Source of the DNA: a bacterium
Lineage (GTDB): Bacteria; CG2-30-53-67
Direction of reading: 5' to 3'
Length of the DNA stretch: 48,283 nucleotides
Assembly (NCBI GenBank): GCA_024277725.1
Contig: JAJRUP010000013.1
Span: 1 to 48,283, forward strand
The notes under the pieces were generated by a model. The model was not told the DNA's origin and searched no databases. It was given only the letters and a program-made list of their open reading frames with translations. Shown one piece after another: positions 27,795 through 37,375 of this stretch. Within the stretch, counting starts at the first letter, position 1. Each line of letters opens with the position of its first letter. The translations under genes and the position numbers were made by a program.

Positions 27795-28124
27795 GTGGGA
27801 TCCGATAAAATAATCACATTGACTGATCAGAACTTTGAAAATGAGGTAAAAGCATCCCAAATCCCCATACTGGTCGACTTCTGGGCTGAATGGTGTGCAC
27901 CATGCAGAATGGTTGCTCCCGTTCTGGACGAACTTGCCGAGGAGTTTGACGGAAAGGTAAAGATCGGAAAGCTGAATGTTGACCAAAACCGGTCGGTAGC
28001 CGCCCAGTACGGGGTCATGTCCATTCCGACGCTGATCCTCTTCAAGAATGGCGAGTTGGTGGAGCAGATGGTCGGTGCACAACCGAAAGAGAATCTGCAA
28101 AAAGTGATACAATCCGCTTTGTAG
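27795..28124 (+). CDS. trxA: Thioredoxin
   Basis: [11 protein letters not shown] and SIPTL motifs; GGAGGT SD with GTG start. Confidence 0.95.
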   Translation: MGSDKIITLTDQNFENEVKASQIPILVDFWAEWCAPCRMVAPVLDELAEEFDGKVKIGKLNVDQNRSVAAQYGVMSIPTLILFKNGELVEQMVGAQPKENLQKVIQSAL

Positions 28125-28151
28125 ACCTGTTGAACCCAACCGAGGAAAACT

Positions 28152-28460
28152 ATGGACTTTGAGAATGCGGCTGAGCTCTTGAAGATAATGGGGCATCCGA
28201 CACGGTTGCGTATCCTGATGCATCTGAAGAGCGAGAACAAATGTGTAAAGAATATCTGGGAGAGTCTGGCACTTCCGCAGGCGAATGTCTCGCAGCATTT
28301 GATCCTGATGAAGAACAAGGGAATCCTTGATTCGGAACGCAAAGGCTCACAAATCTGTTATTTTCTGAACAATGAAAATGTCTTGAGTATTCTCAATTTC
28401 CTCGAAGCCTCGACTGAGGAAGTAAAACCGGTCGCCGACAACGGTCTCAAATCTCTCTGA
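28152..28460 (+). CDS. ArsR/SmtB family transcriptional regulator
   Basis: LKIMGHPTRLRIL, SQHL and RKGSQICY motifs. Confidence 0.9.
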   Translation: MDFENAAELLKIMGHPTRLRILMHLKSENKCVKNIWESLALPQANVSQHLILMKNKGILDSERKGSQICYFLNNENVLSILNFLEASTEEVKPVADNGLKSL

Positions 28461-28505
28461 GGCCGCCTTTTCCTGCCGGAAAGATTCCTTTCGCAACCTC
28501 CATCC

Positions 28506-28733
28506 TTGACGGCTTTGAAAAAGTCCGTTTGCAGGTTATGCCTGCGGCGTGCCCCGCTTTTCATGAATTCCCGCCGCCTTCGGCGTCTTATAGATGAATA
28601 ACCCCTGGGATGGTCAGGTTTCGAGTTCGCAGCTCGCGTAACGGTGAGTATGCCTCATTCCTCAAAATCTTCGCGCGAAGCCGCCGGAGTTTCTTGCCGT
28701 GTCGTTGAACCCTCACTTTTTTCGAGTCCATAA
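28506..28733. mobile_element. MITE/REP-like element with imperfect terminal IRs (TTGACGGCTTTGAAAAAGT ... ACTTTTTTCGAGTCCATAA)
   Basis: Its first ~55 bp align with the reverse complement of 33870-33923; termini are related to 101-142. Confidence 0.65.
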
Positions 28734-28895
28734 CGCTTCGGACCTTCCCGGCGCATCCTTTCACTATTGTCCGTATAAGACGGGTATGTTATATTGCCAC
28801 GGAATTTTTCTCTTTTCTGAAGCCTTCTCCTTCTCCCATGCCGTGCAGGGGGGATCTTCCGAAGGTGTGCTGCATTGACCTGAAACAGAGGGAAC

Positions 28896-30470
28896 ATGGG
28901 AAAAAACCGGGAGATTGCAAAGGCCGCCGGGGTCATCGGCGGCGCCACCTTCTTAAGCAGGATCCTGGGGTACCTGCGGGATGTCATCGTGGCCAATCTC
29001 TTCGGTGCCGGTCTGGCAACGGATGCCTTCATCGTCGCCAACCGGATCCCCAACTACCTGCGCAGGCTCTTCGGTGAAGGGACATTGAATGCCTCGCTGG
29101 TCCCGGTATTTTCGGAATATCTGAACCGGCGGTCACACGATGAAGCCTGGGAACTGGCCAACGTGGTCATGAGTTCCATCTCCGCGCTTCTGACCCTGCT
29201 GACCCTCCTCGGAATCTTTTTCGCCCCCTTTGTGGTCCGGGTTCTGGCTCCCGGTTTTTCCGACAATCCCGAACAGTTTGCACTGACCGTTCTGTTGACA
29301 CGGGTGACCTTTCCCTTTGCCGTCTTCATCGGTCTTTCCGCCGCGGTGATGGGGATTTTAAATACCCTGAAGCATTTCGGCGCGCCCGCCCTGGCTCCGG
29401 CCATCCTGAATATCATGATGATTCTCTGTGCCCTTTTTCTGTCGCCCCATCTGTCCGTGCCGATCCTGAGCCTGTCGATCGGTGTCCTCCTGGGGGGGCT
29501 CTTCCAGTTCCTGGTGCAGGTCCCTTTTCTCCGGCGGAAAGGATTCCGTTTCCGCTTCCGTTTTTCACTGCGACACAGCGGATTCCGGCGTGTCGTCCGG
29601 CTGATGGTCCCCGGCGTTATCGGCCAGAGCGTTTTGCAGATCAATATTTTCATTGGGAATATCCTGGCTTCCTTTCTGCCCACGGGGAGCATCTCTTTCC
29701 TTTTTTTCGCCGACCGACTGGTGCAGTTTCCCCTGGGGGTTTTCGGCATCTCCGCCGCCACGGCCATACTCCCCACACTGTCCCAGCATGCCGCCGAAGA
29801 AAACCTTCCGGGGATGGTGGAAGCTCTTGCACGCACCATGCGGCTGGTCCTTTTTCTTATGGTTCCCTCCCTGGTCGGTCTGGCCGTTCTGAGTGTACCC
29901 ATCGTCAGTGCCCTTTTCCAGCGGGGGAATTTCGGTTATCCTGCGACCCTGGCCACGGCGCAGGCCCTCCTGTTCTACTCTTTAGGACTCTGGGCCTTTG
30001 CCGAAGTCCGCGTAGTCGCCCAGATCTACTATGCCATGCAGGACACCTGGACCCCGATGAAGATCGGCGCTATCGCGGTGCTGGCCAATATCGTGCTGAG
30101 TCTGCTGTTCATGGGACCTCTGAAACACGGCGGTCTGGCGCTGGCCAACTCGCTCTCCTCGATGCTGAACGTTGCCGCACTGGTCTGGATCCTCCGCAGG
30201 CGGGTCGGCCCGATCGGTGGGACGGCCTTTTTACGCCTCCTGTTGAAAATCCTTCCTGCATCCGCCGTCCTGGGGCTCTGTGCCCATTACGGTGCGGGAA
30301 CCGAGCTTTGGAAACTTCATGGACATACAATGGCAAAATTTTATAAACTGGGTTGGGGAATCTTTCTCGGCGGCGGTGCCTATACCGTAATGTGCCTGCT
30401 GCTCCGTGTTCAGGAGGTCTGGATCGTCCGGGACTGGCTCTTCAGACATTTCGCGGGATCACATCGTTGA
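28896..30470 (+). CDS. murJ: Lipid II flippase MurJ (MviN)
   Basis: SRILGYLRD, RRLFGEG, ADRLVQFPLGVFG and LFQRGNF motifs. Confidence 0.96.
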   Translation: MGKNREIAKAAGVIGGATFLSRILGYLRDVIVANLFGAGLATDAFIVANRIPNYLRRLFGEGTLNASLVPVFSEYLNRRSHDEAWELANVVMSSISALLTLLTLLGIFFAPFVVRVLAPGFSDNPEQFALTVLLTRVTFPFAVFIGLSAAVMGILNTLKHFGAPALAPAILNIMMILCALFLSPHLSVPILSLSIGVLLGGLFQFLVQVPFLRRKGFRFRFRFSLRHSGFRRVVRLMVPGVIGQSVLQINIFIGNILASFLPTGSISFLFFADRLVQFPLGVFGISAATAILPTLSQHAAEENLPGMVEALARTMRLVLFLMVPSLVGLAVLSVPIVSALFQRGNFGYPATLATAQALLFYSLGLWAFAEVRVVAQIYYAMQDTWTPMKIGAIAVLANIVLSLLFMGPLKHGGLALANSLSSMLNVAALVWILRRRVGPIGGTAFLRLLLKILPASAVLGLCAHYGAGTELWKLHGHTMAKFYKLGWGIFLGGGAYTVMCLLLRVQEVWIVRDWLFRHFAGSHR

Positions 30471-30492
30471 GGCCCTTTCGAACTGTGGTGGA

Positions 30493-31716
30493 ATGATGTC
30501 GAAAAAGAAAAAACCGGTTTCCCGAAAAGGGGGGCGAAAAAAGAACCGTTCTCTCTGGATTACGATCGGTGCCGTACTGTTTTTTCTCATCGCCGCCGTC
30601 TCCATCCTGCTCTATTTTGAAGTTCACCGTGAACGGATCGAAAAGTGGGTCGCAGGCGCCAAAGACCATTCCCGCGAGAGGATCTCTTCGGTTGCGCTCG
30701 ACGTTGTGATGCATCGAGTCGACCGGTATCTGGACAATCTTTTGAAAGAGCACCATGTTTCCCGGAAGAATGTCCGGGTTCATCGAAGTCGCAAAAAAGG
30801 TCCGGAAGGAACATTCCTCTACAAGCGTATTGAAGTCGATCTCCGCCGGAAAGAAACGGCTCTTCTTTTCCGGGAGAAACTGCAACAATATGTCCGAAAG
30901 TTTCCCCAGGCCCTCTTCCTGATACGGCGGGAGATTACGGGGAAGAAGGAACGGATAACCCTGAGCCTGCGTGTGGGGGACACGATTGTCCGACGTATTA
31001 TACTGGTCCCCCTGGAATCGGCGGAAAGAACTGCGAGGGAATCTTCAGGGCCGCGGGTCGCGATTATTGTGGACGATATCGGTGGAGATCTTGCCCCCCT
31101 GAAGACCCTAATCGATCTCGATGTGCCGATCACCTTTTCCGTTCTGCCGGATCTGAGTCATTCCGCTCAGGCCGTCCGGATGATTACCGATCACCATCGG
31201 GATTTGATGCTTCACCTGCCGATGGAGCCCCTCGATTATCCGAAACACCAACCCGGAGAGGAGGCCCTTTTCGTGAGAATGGGGGAAAAGGAGATCCGGG
31301 AGCGCGTCCGGAAATTACTGGATCAGTATCCGGAAATCATCGGTGTAAACAATCATATGGGATCGCGCTTCACCCAGGACCGTGACCGGATGGGGGTTGT
31401 CCTGGAGGAAATCGAAAGACGAAACCTTTTTTTTGTAGACAGCCTGACGTCAGGTGATTCCGTTGCCTACAGGGAGGCAAAGCGGTTGGGCGTTCCGACG
31501 GCAAAGCGGAACATTTTTCTGGATCATGTTGTCCGTTCCGATGCCGTGGAAAAACAGATTGGGCGTTTGATCGAACTGGCAAAGAAAAAGGGCTACGCCA
31601 TCGCCATCTGTCATCCACATCCGGTTACCCTGGAGGCACTCCACAACGCCCTGGGGCGATTTCGTGCCGCGGGGATCGAGATCGTACCCGTTTCGGAGTT
31701 GATCGATCGGTCGTAA
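30493..31716 (+). CDS. Divergent polysaccharide deacetylase family protein (YibQ-like) with N-terminal membrane anchor
   Basis: AIIVDDIG, MLHLPMEP, GVNNHMGS, FFVDS and AICHP motifs. Confidence 0.88.
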   Translation: MMSKKKKPVSRKGGRKKNRSLWITIGAVLFFLIAAVSILLYFEVHRERIEKWVAGAKDHSRERISSVALDVVMHRVDRYLDNLLKEHHVSRKNVRVHRSRKKGPEGTFLYKRIEVDLRRKETALLFREKLQQYVRKFPQALFLIRREITGKKERITLSLRVGDTIVRRIILVPLESAERTARESSGPRVAIIVDDIGGDLAPLKTLIDLDVPITFSVLPDLSHSAQAVRMITDHHRDLMLHLPMEPLDYPKHQPGEEALFVRMGEKEIRERVRKLLDQYPEIIGVNNHMGSRFTQDRDRMGVVLEEIERRNLFFVDSLTSGDSVAYREAKRLGVPTAKRNIFLDHVVRSDAVEKQIGRLIELAKKKGYAIAICHPHPVTLEALHNALGRFRAAGIEIVPVSELIDRS

Positions 31717-31732
31717 TTCGGTAGGTTATATC

Positions 31733-32806
31733 ATGCTTTGCTTGGGGATTGAAACTTCCTGTGATGAGACATCGGCCTCGGTCGTTGAAAACGGACGAAG
31801 GATCCGTTCCAACATCATCTCTTCACAGATAGAGATTCACAGCAAATACGGAGGGGTTGTTCCGGAACTGGCATCGAGGCGCCACGTCGAGCAGGTGAGT
31901 ACGGTGGTGGATGCCGCTCTTCGGGAAGCCGGGGTCTCCCTAAAGGAGATCGATCTGATCGGGGCGACGTGCGGCCCCGGTCTCATCGGCGCTTTGCTGG
32001 TGGGCCTCTCCTACGCCAAGGCATTGGCTTTCGCCGGCAGGATTCCCTTTGTCGGGGTCCATCATGTCGAGGGGCATATCCATGCCGTGACGCTGGAGGA
32101 AGAGGTTCCTTATCCCTACCTTTGTCTGGTGGTTTCCGGCGGGCACACGGAGCTGATCCATGTGCGCAGGTTCGGGGAGTACAGGATATTGGGGAAAACC
32201 CGGGATGATGCCGCCGGGGAGGCCTATGACAAAGTCGCCAAGATGATGGGGCTGGGATATCCCGGCGGACCCGTACTCGATCGTCTTGCGGCGGACGGCA
32301 ATTCCCGGTTTACCCGTTTTCCCCGTTCCATGCTGGCCGATGAATCCCTCGATTTCAGTTTCAGTGGACTGAAAACGGCGGTACTGAATTTTCTCTTGCG
32401 GAACGGCTGGGGCCCGGAAGGGGAGGGGGCCGAAGGGTTGCAGGAACATTTAAGTGATATTGCCGCCTCCTTTCAGGAGGCTGTTATTGAAGTCCTGATG
32501 GCAAAAACGATGAAGGCTCTTCATCAGGAAGGTCTGCAACGTGTCGCCCTTGCGGGTGGTGTTGCAGCCAACAGGATGCTCCGGAGACGTCTGGCCGAGG
32601 CCGCCGAGGCGGAAGGATTTACCTGTTTTCTGCCGTCCTCTGTACTCTGTACGGACAACGCCGCGATGATTGCCGCTGTTGCTTCCGGTTATTCTGCAAT
32701 GGGAATGGAGGATGATCTGACCTTGAATGCCGTTGCCGGACTCCCTCTGGGGCATCGCTTCGCCCGGGAGGCGGTACAGGAAAAGGGAGGTTCTACCGGA
32801 CCATGA
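31733..32806 (+). CDS. tsaD: tRNA N6-adenosine threonylcarbamoyltransferase TsaD
   Basis: LGIETSCDET, GGVVPELASR, HHVEGH, VSGGHT and CTDNAAMIA motifs. Confidence 0.97.
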   Translation: MLCLGIETSCDETSASVVENGRRIRSNIISSQIEIHSKYGGVVPELASRRHVEQVSTVVDAALREAGVSLKEIDLIGATCGPGLIGALLVGLSYAKALAFAGRIPFVGVHHVEGHIHAVTLEEEVPYPYLCLVVSGGHTELIHVRRFGEYRILGKTRDDAAGEAYDKVAKMMGLGYPGGPVLDRLAADGNSRFTRFPRSMLADESLDFSFSGLKTAVLNFLLRNGWGPEGEGAEGLQEHLSDIAASFQEAVIEVLMAKTMKALHQEGLQRVALAGGVAANRMLRRRLAEAAEAEGFTCFLPSSVLCTDNAAMIAAVASGYSAMGMEDDLTLNAVAGLPLGHRFAREAVQEKGGSTGP

Positions 32807-33834
32807 AGATCGGTTCGTTAAACATCGGGATGGGGCTCATTATGGCGCCGATGGCCGGGGTCACAGGCTTCCCTTTTCGCAGGATCACACATCGTCTCGG
32901 CGCGGATCTGGTTTGTACCGAAATGATCTCTGCGGCGGCTTTGTCGCGAAGTCCGAAAATCTGTGAACCCTATCTGCCGCATCCGATGGATGCCCGACCG
33001 ATTTCCGCCCAGATCTTCGGCGCCCATCCCGGGGAAATGGCAAAGGCCGCGGCATTCCTGTCGGAAAGGGATGTCGATCTGATCGATATCAACATGGGAT
33101 GTCCCGTGAAAAAAGTGATCCGCTCCGGTTCCGGGGCCGCCCTGCTCCGGGACATCCATCACGCCGCCTGTGTGGTACGTAGTGTGGTGCGTGCGACGCC
33201 GCTGCCGGTGACCCTTAAGTACCGTTCCGGTTGGGACAGCGAAACCCTATGCGCCGTGGAAATGGCACGCATGGCGGAATCGGAGGGAGTAGCCGCTGTG
33301 ATCCTCCATCCCCGCACGAAAACCCAGGGGTTCGGCGGTCGGTCGGCATGGGAACATATCGAAAAGGTCAAGGCTGCGGTAACGATTCCGGTGATCGGAA
33401 ACGGTGATATCAAGACACCGGAGGATGCCGCCGAAATGTTCCGACGGACCGGGTGCGACGGTATCATGATCGGTCGTGCGGCACTGGGGGATCCCTGGAT
33501 CTTTGACCGGATCCGCACCTATCTTCTCACCGGAGATGTGCCCCCCCGTCCGTCTCCGGCAGAGATCCATGCGGTTCTGCGGGACCAACTCACCTGTGAA
33601 GTCGAACTTTCCGGTGAAGCCCGGGCCGTCTTTAAAATGCGGAAATTTGCATCCTGGTATTCCCGGGGACTGCCGGCGTCAACGGCCTTCCGGGACCGGA
33701 TAAATCATGTCCTGACTTATGAGGATTTCCTCGGGGAGATGGAATCCTTTTTCTTGAAGATTAATGAACCCGTAAAAAGCCCGGCTTTCAACGGCAAAAC
33801 AGGAAGCTGCCATCGCTCCGCTTGCGAATCCTGA
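32803..33834 (+). CDS. dusB: tRNA-dihydrouridine synthase DusB (NifR3 type)
   Basis: APMAG, DINMGCPV, GSGAALL, IGNGDI and MIGRA motifs. Confidence 0.94.
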   Translation: MKIGSLNIGMGLIMAPMAGVTGFPFRRITHRLGADLVCTEMISAAALSRSPKICEPYLPHPMDARPISAQIFGAHPGEMAKAAAFLSERDVDLIDINMGCPVKKVIRSGSGAALLRDIHHAACVVRSVVRATPLPVTLKYRSGWDSETLCAVEMARMAESEGVAAVILHPRTKTQGFGGRSAWEHIEKVKAAVTIPVIGNGDIKTPEDAAEMFRRTGCDGIMIGRAALGDPWIFDRIRTYLLTGDVPPRPSPAEIHAVLRDQLTCEVELSGEARAVFKMRKFASWYSRGLPASTAFRDRINHVLTYEDFLGEMESFFLKINEPVKSPAFNGKTGSCHRSACES

Positions 33835-33923
33835 TGTGATTGCCGCCAAAGGCGGCAAAGATCATCTCAAGCGGGGCACGCTGCAGGCGTAACCGGCAGA
33901 TGGATTTCTTGCGAGGGCGTCAA
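33761..33923. mobile_element. MITE/REP-like element overlapping the dusB 3' end
   Basis: Termini TTAATGAACCCGTAAAAAGC and ATTTCTTGCGAGGGCGTCAA; homologous to the 28506 element. Confidence 0.65.
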
Positions 33924-33989
33924 GATCGGCGAAAGGGATTCGGTACCGTCCGTATGAGTTCTGCAAGAAAACCGACAGAGGACCGTTCC

Positions 33990-35084
33990 ATGGATGACGT
34001 GCGGGAATATTACGAAAATATCCTTGCCGGATTGGTCGACGGGATCGTTGTGGTGGACCCGAAAGAGCGGATTATGACCTTCAGTTCTTCCGCCGAACAG
34101 ATGACCGGTTTCAAAGCACGGACGGTACAGCAACAGCCCCTCCGGAACGTCTTTGCAGACGAGAAAAAACTCCATCGTCTGGTCGAAAAAACCCTGGCCA
34201 CGGGAAGAGGACATACCGATTCGAGTTTCTCCTTCAAGGCCTGCCGGTGGGAACACCGCGATCTCGGGTTGACCACCTCCCCCCTCCTTGACCGGGACGG
34301 GAATCCATCCGGTGTGGTGATCGTCTTTCGGGATCTTACACGCATGAAATCACTGGAGGAGCGGGTCCGTCAGGGAGAGCGGCTTGCCTCCCTCGGGGTT
34401 CTGGCCGCCGGGATGGCCCATGAGATCAAAAATCCGCTGGGAGGGATCCGAGGCGCCACGCAATTGCTTCGTGAGGAACTGTCACCGGAATCCTCCTGTT
34501 ACGAATACACGGATGTCATGATTCGGGAGGTCGACCGGCTGAACAAGATTGTCGAAGGCCTCCTCGATTTCGCACGTCCCGTACCGCTCCATCTGCGGGC
34601 CATGAACGTCCATCAGGTGCTGGACCATGTGGCGGAACTGGTGGAACTGGAGTATACGGGGAAGGCGATGGGGATCGTCCGAAAGTACGACCCGAGTCTG
34701 CCGGAAATTTTGGGCGATCCCGATCAGTTGACACAGGTTTTCCTCAACCTTTTCCGGAACGGAATGGATGCGATGGGCGGTGCGGGAGAATTGACGCTGA
34801 CCACACGGATTCTTCCCGGTTATCAGGTGTTAAGCGGCGATCCCGTCAAACGCCGGATGATCTCCGTTGAAGTGGAAGACCGCGGCTGCGGCATTTCCCC
34901 GGAAGAACTGAAAAAGATCTTTCTTCCCTTTTATACCGGGAAACCGGACGGTGTGGGGCTGGGGTTGGCATTGTGTCATCGGATTATCGAAGAACATGGC
35001 GGCAAGATCGATGTCGTCAGCCGTCCGCAGGCAGGGACCTGTGTTCGTACATCGCTGCCGGTGGTTGCCGGTACGGAGCCGTAA
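33990..35084 (+). CDS. ntrB: PAS-domain sensor histidine kinase, NtrB-like
   Basis: PAS domain; AHEIKNPL, QVFLNLFRNG, DRGCGI and GVGLGL motifs; dusB-ntrB-ntrC synteny. Confidence 0.8.
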   Translation: MDDVREYYENILAGLVDGIVVVDPKERIMTFSSSAEQMTGFKARTVQQQPLRNVFADEKKLHRLVEKTLATGRGHTDSSFSFKACRWEHRDLGLTTSPLLDRDGNPSGVVIVFRDLTRMKSLEERVRQGERLASLGVLAAGMAHEIKNPLGGIRGATQLLREELSPESSCYEYTDVMIREVDRLNKIVEGLLDFARPVPLHLRAMNVHQVLDHVAELVELEYTGKAMGIVRKYDPSLPEILGDPDQLTQVFLNLFRNGMDAMGGAGELTLTTRILPGYQVLSGDPVKRRMISVEVEDRGCGISPEELKKIFLPFYTGKPDGVGLGLALCHRIIEEHGGKIDVVSRPQAGTCVRTSLPVVAGTEP

Positions 35085-35127
35085 TCTCCCTGTTTTTTCG
35101 AAACGGGGAAGTCCTGTTGAGGGTGAT

Positions 35128-36579
35128 ATGATCGACAAAAAAATCATGGTCATCGATGATGACGAGAGCATGCGCTGGGTCATCGGGAAAGCGCTCGAAA
35201 AGGAACAGTACGAAGTCCTGACGCTTGACTCCGCCGAGGCCGCAATGACGCGTCTGGAAACGGAGTCCTGGCCCTTGCTGATCCTCGATATCCGCATGCC
35301 CGGGATGAGCGGTCTGGAATTTCTGCAACAACTCCATGCATCGAAATGTCCCGCACAGGTCATCGTCATGACCGCACAGGCCACCATGAATAATGCCGTC
35401 GATGCGATGAAGTGGGGGGCCTTCGATTATCTTACCAAACCCTTCGATATGGAGACGCTCAAGGTTATTGTTGCCAAGGCCTTTCATGTTCTGGAACTGA
35501 ACGATGAAGTCGAAACATTGAAGGAAGAGATCAGGGACAAATTCGAGGCCGATACGGTCGTCGGCGAAAGTGCCGCCATGCAGGAGATTTTCAAGACCAT
35601 CGGCCGGGTTGCTGCGCGGGATGTGACGGTCCTCCTGACCGGAGAGAGCGGGACCGGCAAGGAGGTCCTGGCCCGGGCGATCCATTACCACAGCCCGCGA
35701 TTCGGAAAGTCCTTTGTGGCCGTTAATCTTGCTGCAATTCCCGATGACCTGATGGAATCGGAACTGTTCGGCCATGGAAAGGGGGCCTTCACCGGGGCGA
35801 TCTCCCGGAAGATCGGAAAATTTGAACAGGCCAACGGGGGTACCCTTTTCCTGGATGAAATCGGTGACCTGAAGATGAACCTGCAAACCAAGCTCCTTCG
35901 CGCCCTTCAGGAAAAGGAGATCGAGCGGGTTGGAGGGACGGGACCGATCCCGGTGGATGTGCGCATCCTGGCGGCGACCCATTGCGATCTCCAGGAGAAG
36001 GTCAAGGAGGGGCTTTTCCGGGACGATCTGTTTTTTCGCCTCAATGTGGTACCGATCCGGATCCCACCGCTCCGGGAACGGAAAGAGGATATCCCGCTGC
36101 TGTTGAAATTTTTCCTGGAAAAGGCCCGTCATGAACTGGGTACGGAGGTGACCGGCTATACGGAGGCAACGCTGGACTGCCTGCTGCAATACTTCTGGCC
36201 GGGAAACGTTCGGGAACTGGAAAACCTCGTCAAACGTGCGGTGGTGATGTCTCGGGGGCCGAATCTGACGTCGGAATATATCTGCAGCATCCTGCAGGAC
36301 GGCACAAAGAAAGAGGAGGCCGGGAAAAACAATTTCGATCTTCTCCTGCGCAACAACCTCTCCGACTTTGTTCAGAGAATGGTCCTGGCCGATGCCCGGG
36401 ATATCCGTAAGCTCGTTCTCGACCGGATCGAGGCCCCCCTGATTGAAATGGTCATGAAGGAGGTCGGTGGGAACCAGATCAAAGCCGCCCGTCTTCTCGG
36501 GATCAACCGGAATACCCTGCGAAAAAAAATCCGGGAATATCACATCGATCCCAAGTCTTTCCGGACGGTACCGAAATGA
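35128..36579 (+). CDS. ntrC: Sigma54-dependent response regulator, NtrC-like
   Basis: Receiver domain; GESGTGKE, GAFTGA, WPGNVREL motifs; Fis-type HTH NQIKAARLLGINRNTLRKK. Confidence 0.85.
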   Translation: MIDKKIMVIDDDESMRWVIGKALEKEQYEVLTLDSAEAAMTRLETESWPLLILDIRMPGMSGLEFLQQLHASKCPAQVIVMTAQATMNNAVDAMKWGAFDYLTKPFDMETLKVIVAKAFHVLELNDEVETLKEEIRDKFEADTVVGESAAMQEIFKTIGRVAARDVTVLLTGESGTGKEVLARAIHYHSPRFGKSFVAVNLAAIPDDLMESELFGHGKGAFTGAISRKIGKFEQANGGTLFLDEIGDLKMNLQTKLLRALQEKEIERVGGTGPIPVDVRILAATHCDLQEKVKEGLFRDDLFFRLNVVPIRIPPLRERKEDIPLLLKFFLEKARHELGTEVTGYTEATLDCLLQYFWPGNVRELENLVKRAVVMSRGPNLTSEYICSILQDGTKKEEAGKNNFDLLLRNNLSDFVQRMVLADARDIRKLVLDRIEAPLIEMVMKEVGGNQIKAARLLGINRNTLRKKIREYHIDPKSFRTVPK

Positions 36580-36630
36580 GGCAGAACTCCGGAAGCCCAA
36601 AAAAATAAAGGGTTGAAGGCACTTTTCTCC

Positions 36631-36659
36631 TTGACAACTTCGGAATCCGTTGCTATTTT
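36631..36659 (+). promoter_or_regulatory. Putative sigma70 promoter for hup
   Basis: TTGACA-17-TATTTT with TG extension. Confidence 0.55.
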
Positions 36660-36730
36660 GTTTTTCATCTATCTCACATACAGTCAACCATTTCCCAATA
36701 ACATAAACATCTTTCAGAGGAGGACGTTTG

Positions 36731-37000
36731 ATGACTAAAGCAAAGTTGATCGAAACGATGGCTTCAGATGCGAAGATCAGCAAGGCCTCTGCCGGAAAGG
36801 CATTGGACTCCATGATTAAATGCGTCACCAAGTCCCTCAAGAAAGGGGACAAGGTCACCCTGGTCGGTTTTGGAAGTTTCTCCGTTGTCAAACGAAAAGC
36901 CCGGACGGGTCGTAACCCCAAGACCGGCGAAACGATCAAGATCAAGGCCAAAAAGGTGCCGAAGTTTACTCCGGGAAAAGGCCTCCGCTCCGCTCTCTAA
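36731..37000 (+). CDS. hup: DNA-binding protein HU
   Basis: [21 protein letters not shown] and PKFTPGK motifs. Confidence 0.92.
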   Translation: MTKAKLIETMASDAKISKASAGKALDSMIKCVTKSLKKGDKVTLVGFGSFSVVKRKARTGRNPKTGETIKIKAKKVPKFTPGKGLRSAL

Positions 37001-37091
37001 AAGAGGCGGAAAAGCTAAAAATCTATACCGTTGGGACCTGAATCAAAGAGATGGGATGCTTCGAAGGGTCGCAATGCCGTTGATTGCGTCG

Positions 37092-37128
37092 AATGAGGCG
37101 ATGGAAATTTTCCATTGCCTCATTTTTT
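37092..37128 (+). terminator. Rho-independent terminator after hup
   Basis: AATGAGGCGATGGAA/TTCCATTGCCTCATT stem followed by a T-run. Confidence 0.75.
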
Positions 37129-37183
37129 GTCTTGACATTATCTTGCTAAATCCATTAAATTTATACAGAAAATTTGTGGATAA

Positions 37184-37260
37184 AGGCGGTTAGCTCAGTT
37201 GGTTAGAGCGCCACGTTGACATCGTGGAGGTCGCTGGTTCAACTCCAGTACCGCCTACCA
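37184..37260 (+). tRNA. tRNA-Val (GAC)
   Basis: Acceptor AGGCGGT/ACCGCCT, D-arm TAGCTCAGTTGGTTAGAGC, anticodon arm CCACG-TTGACAT-CGTGG, T-loop TTCAACT, encoded CCA. Confidence 0.97.
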
Positions 37261-37314
37261 TGTTTGGATTGTAATTCTGGGGAACATTTGTGAAATAAGC
37301 AGAATCGGCTGCAG

Positions 37315-37353
37315 GGGCATCACAGCAGTTTTCATGGATGTGATGCCCTTTTT
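37315..37353 (+). terminator. Terminator-like hairpin between tRNA-Val and thrS
   Basis: GGGCATCACA/TGTGATGCCC 10-bp stem followed by TTTTT. Confidence 0.6.
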
Positions 37354-37375
37354 GTTTTTGAAAGCATCTTGTATC

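Noticed and set aside
28358-29077. Short ORFs between arsR and murJ (possible rpsT position)
   Set aside because: No similarity to S20; they derive from the repeat element or are shadows of murJ.
33840-33989. N-terminal extensions of ntrB (33840), ntrC (34951), pheS (40712) and thrS (37334) in the ORF track
   Set aside because: They lie in repeat or intergenic DNA or overlap the upstream gene; downstream starts match the family N-termini.
37184-37260. tRNA as an integration site for a genomic island
   Set aside because: No integrase, no duplicated tRNA 3' end seen, and core genes on both sides.
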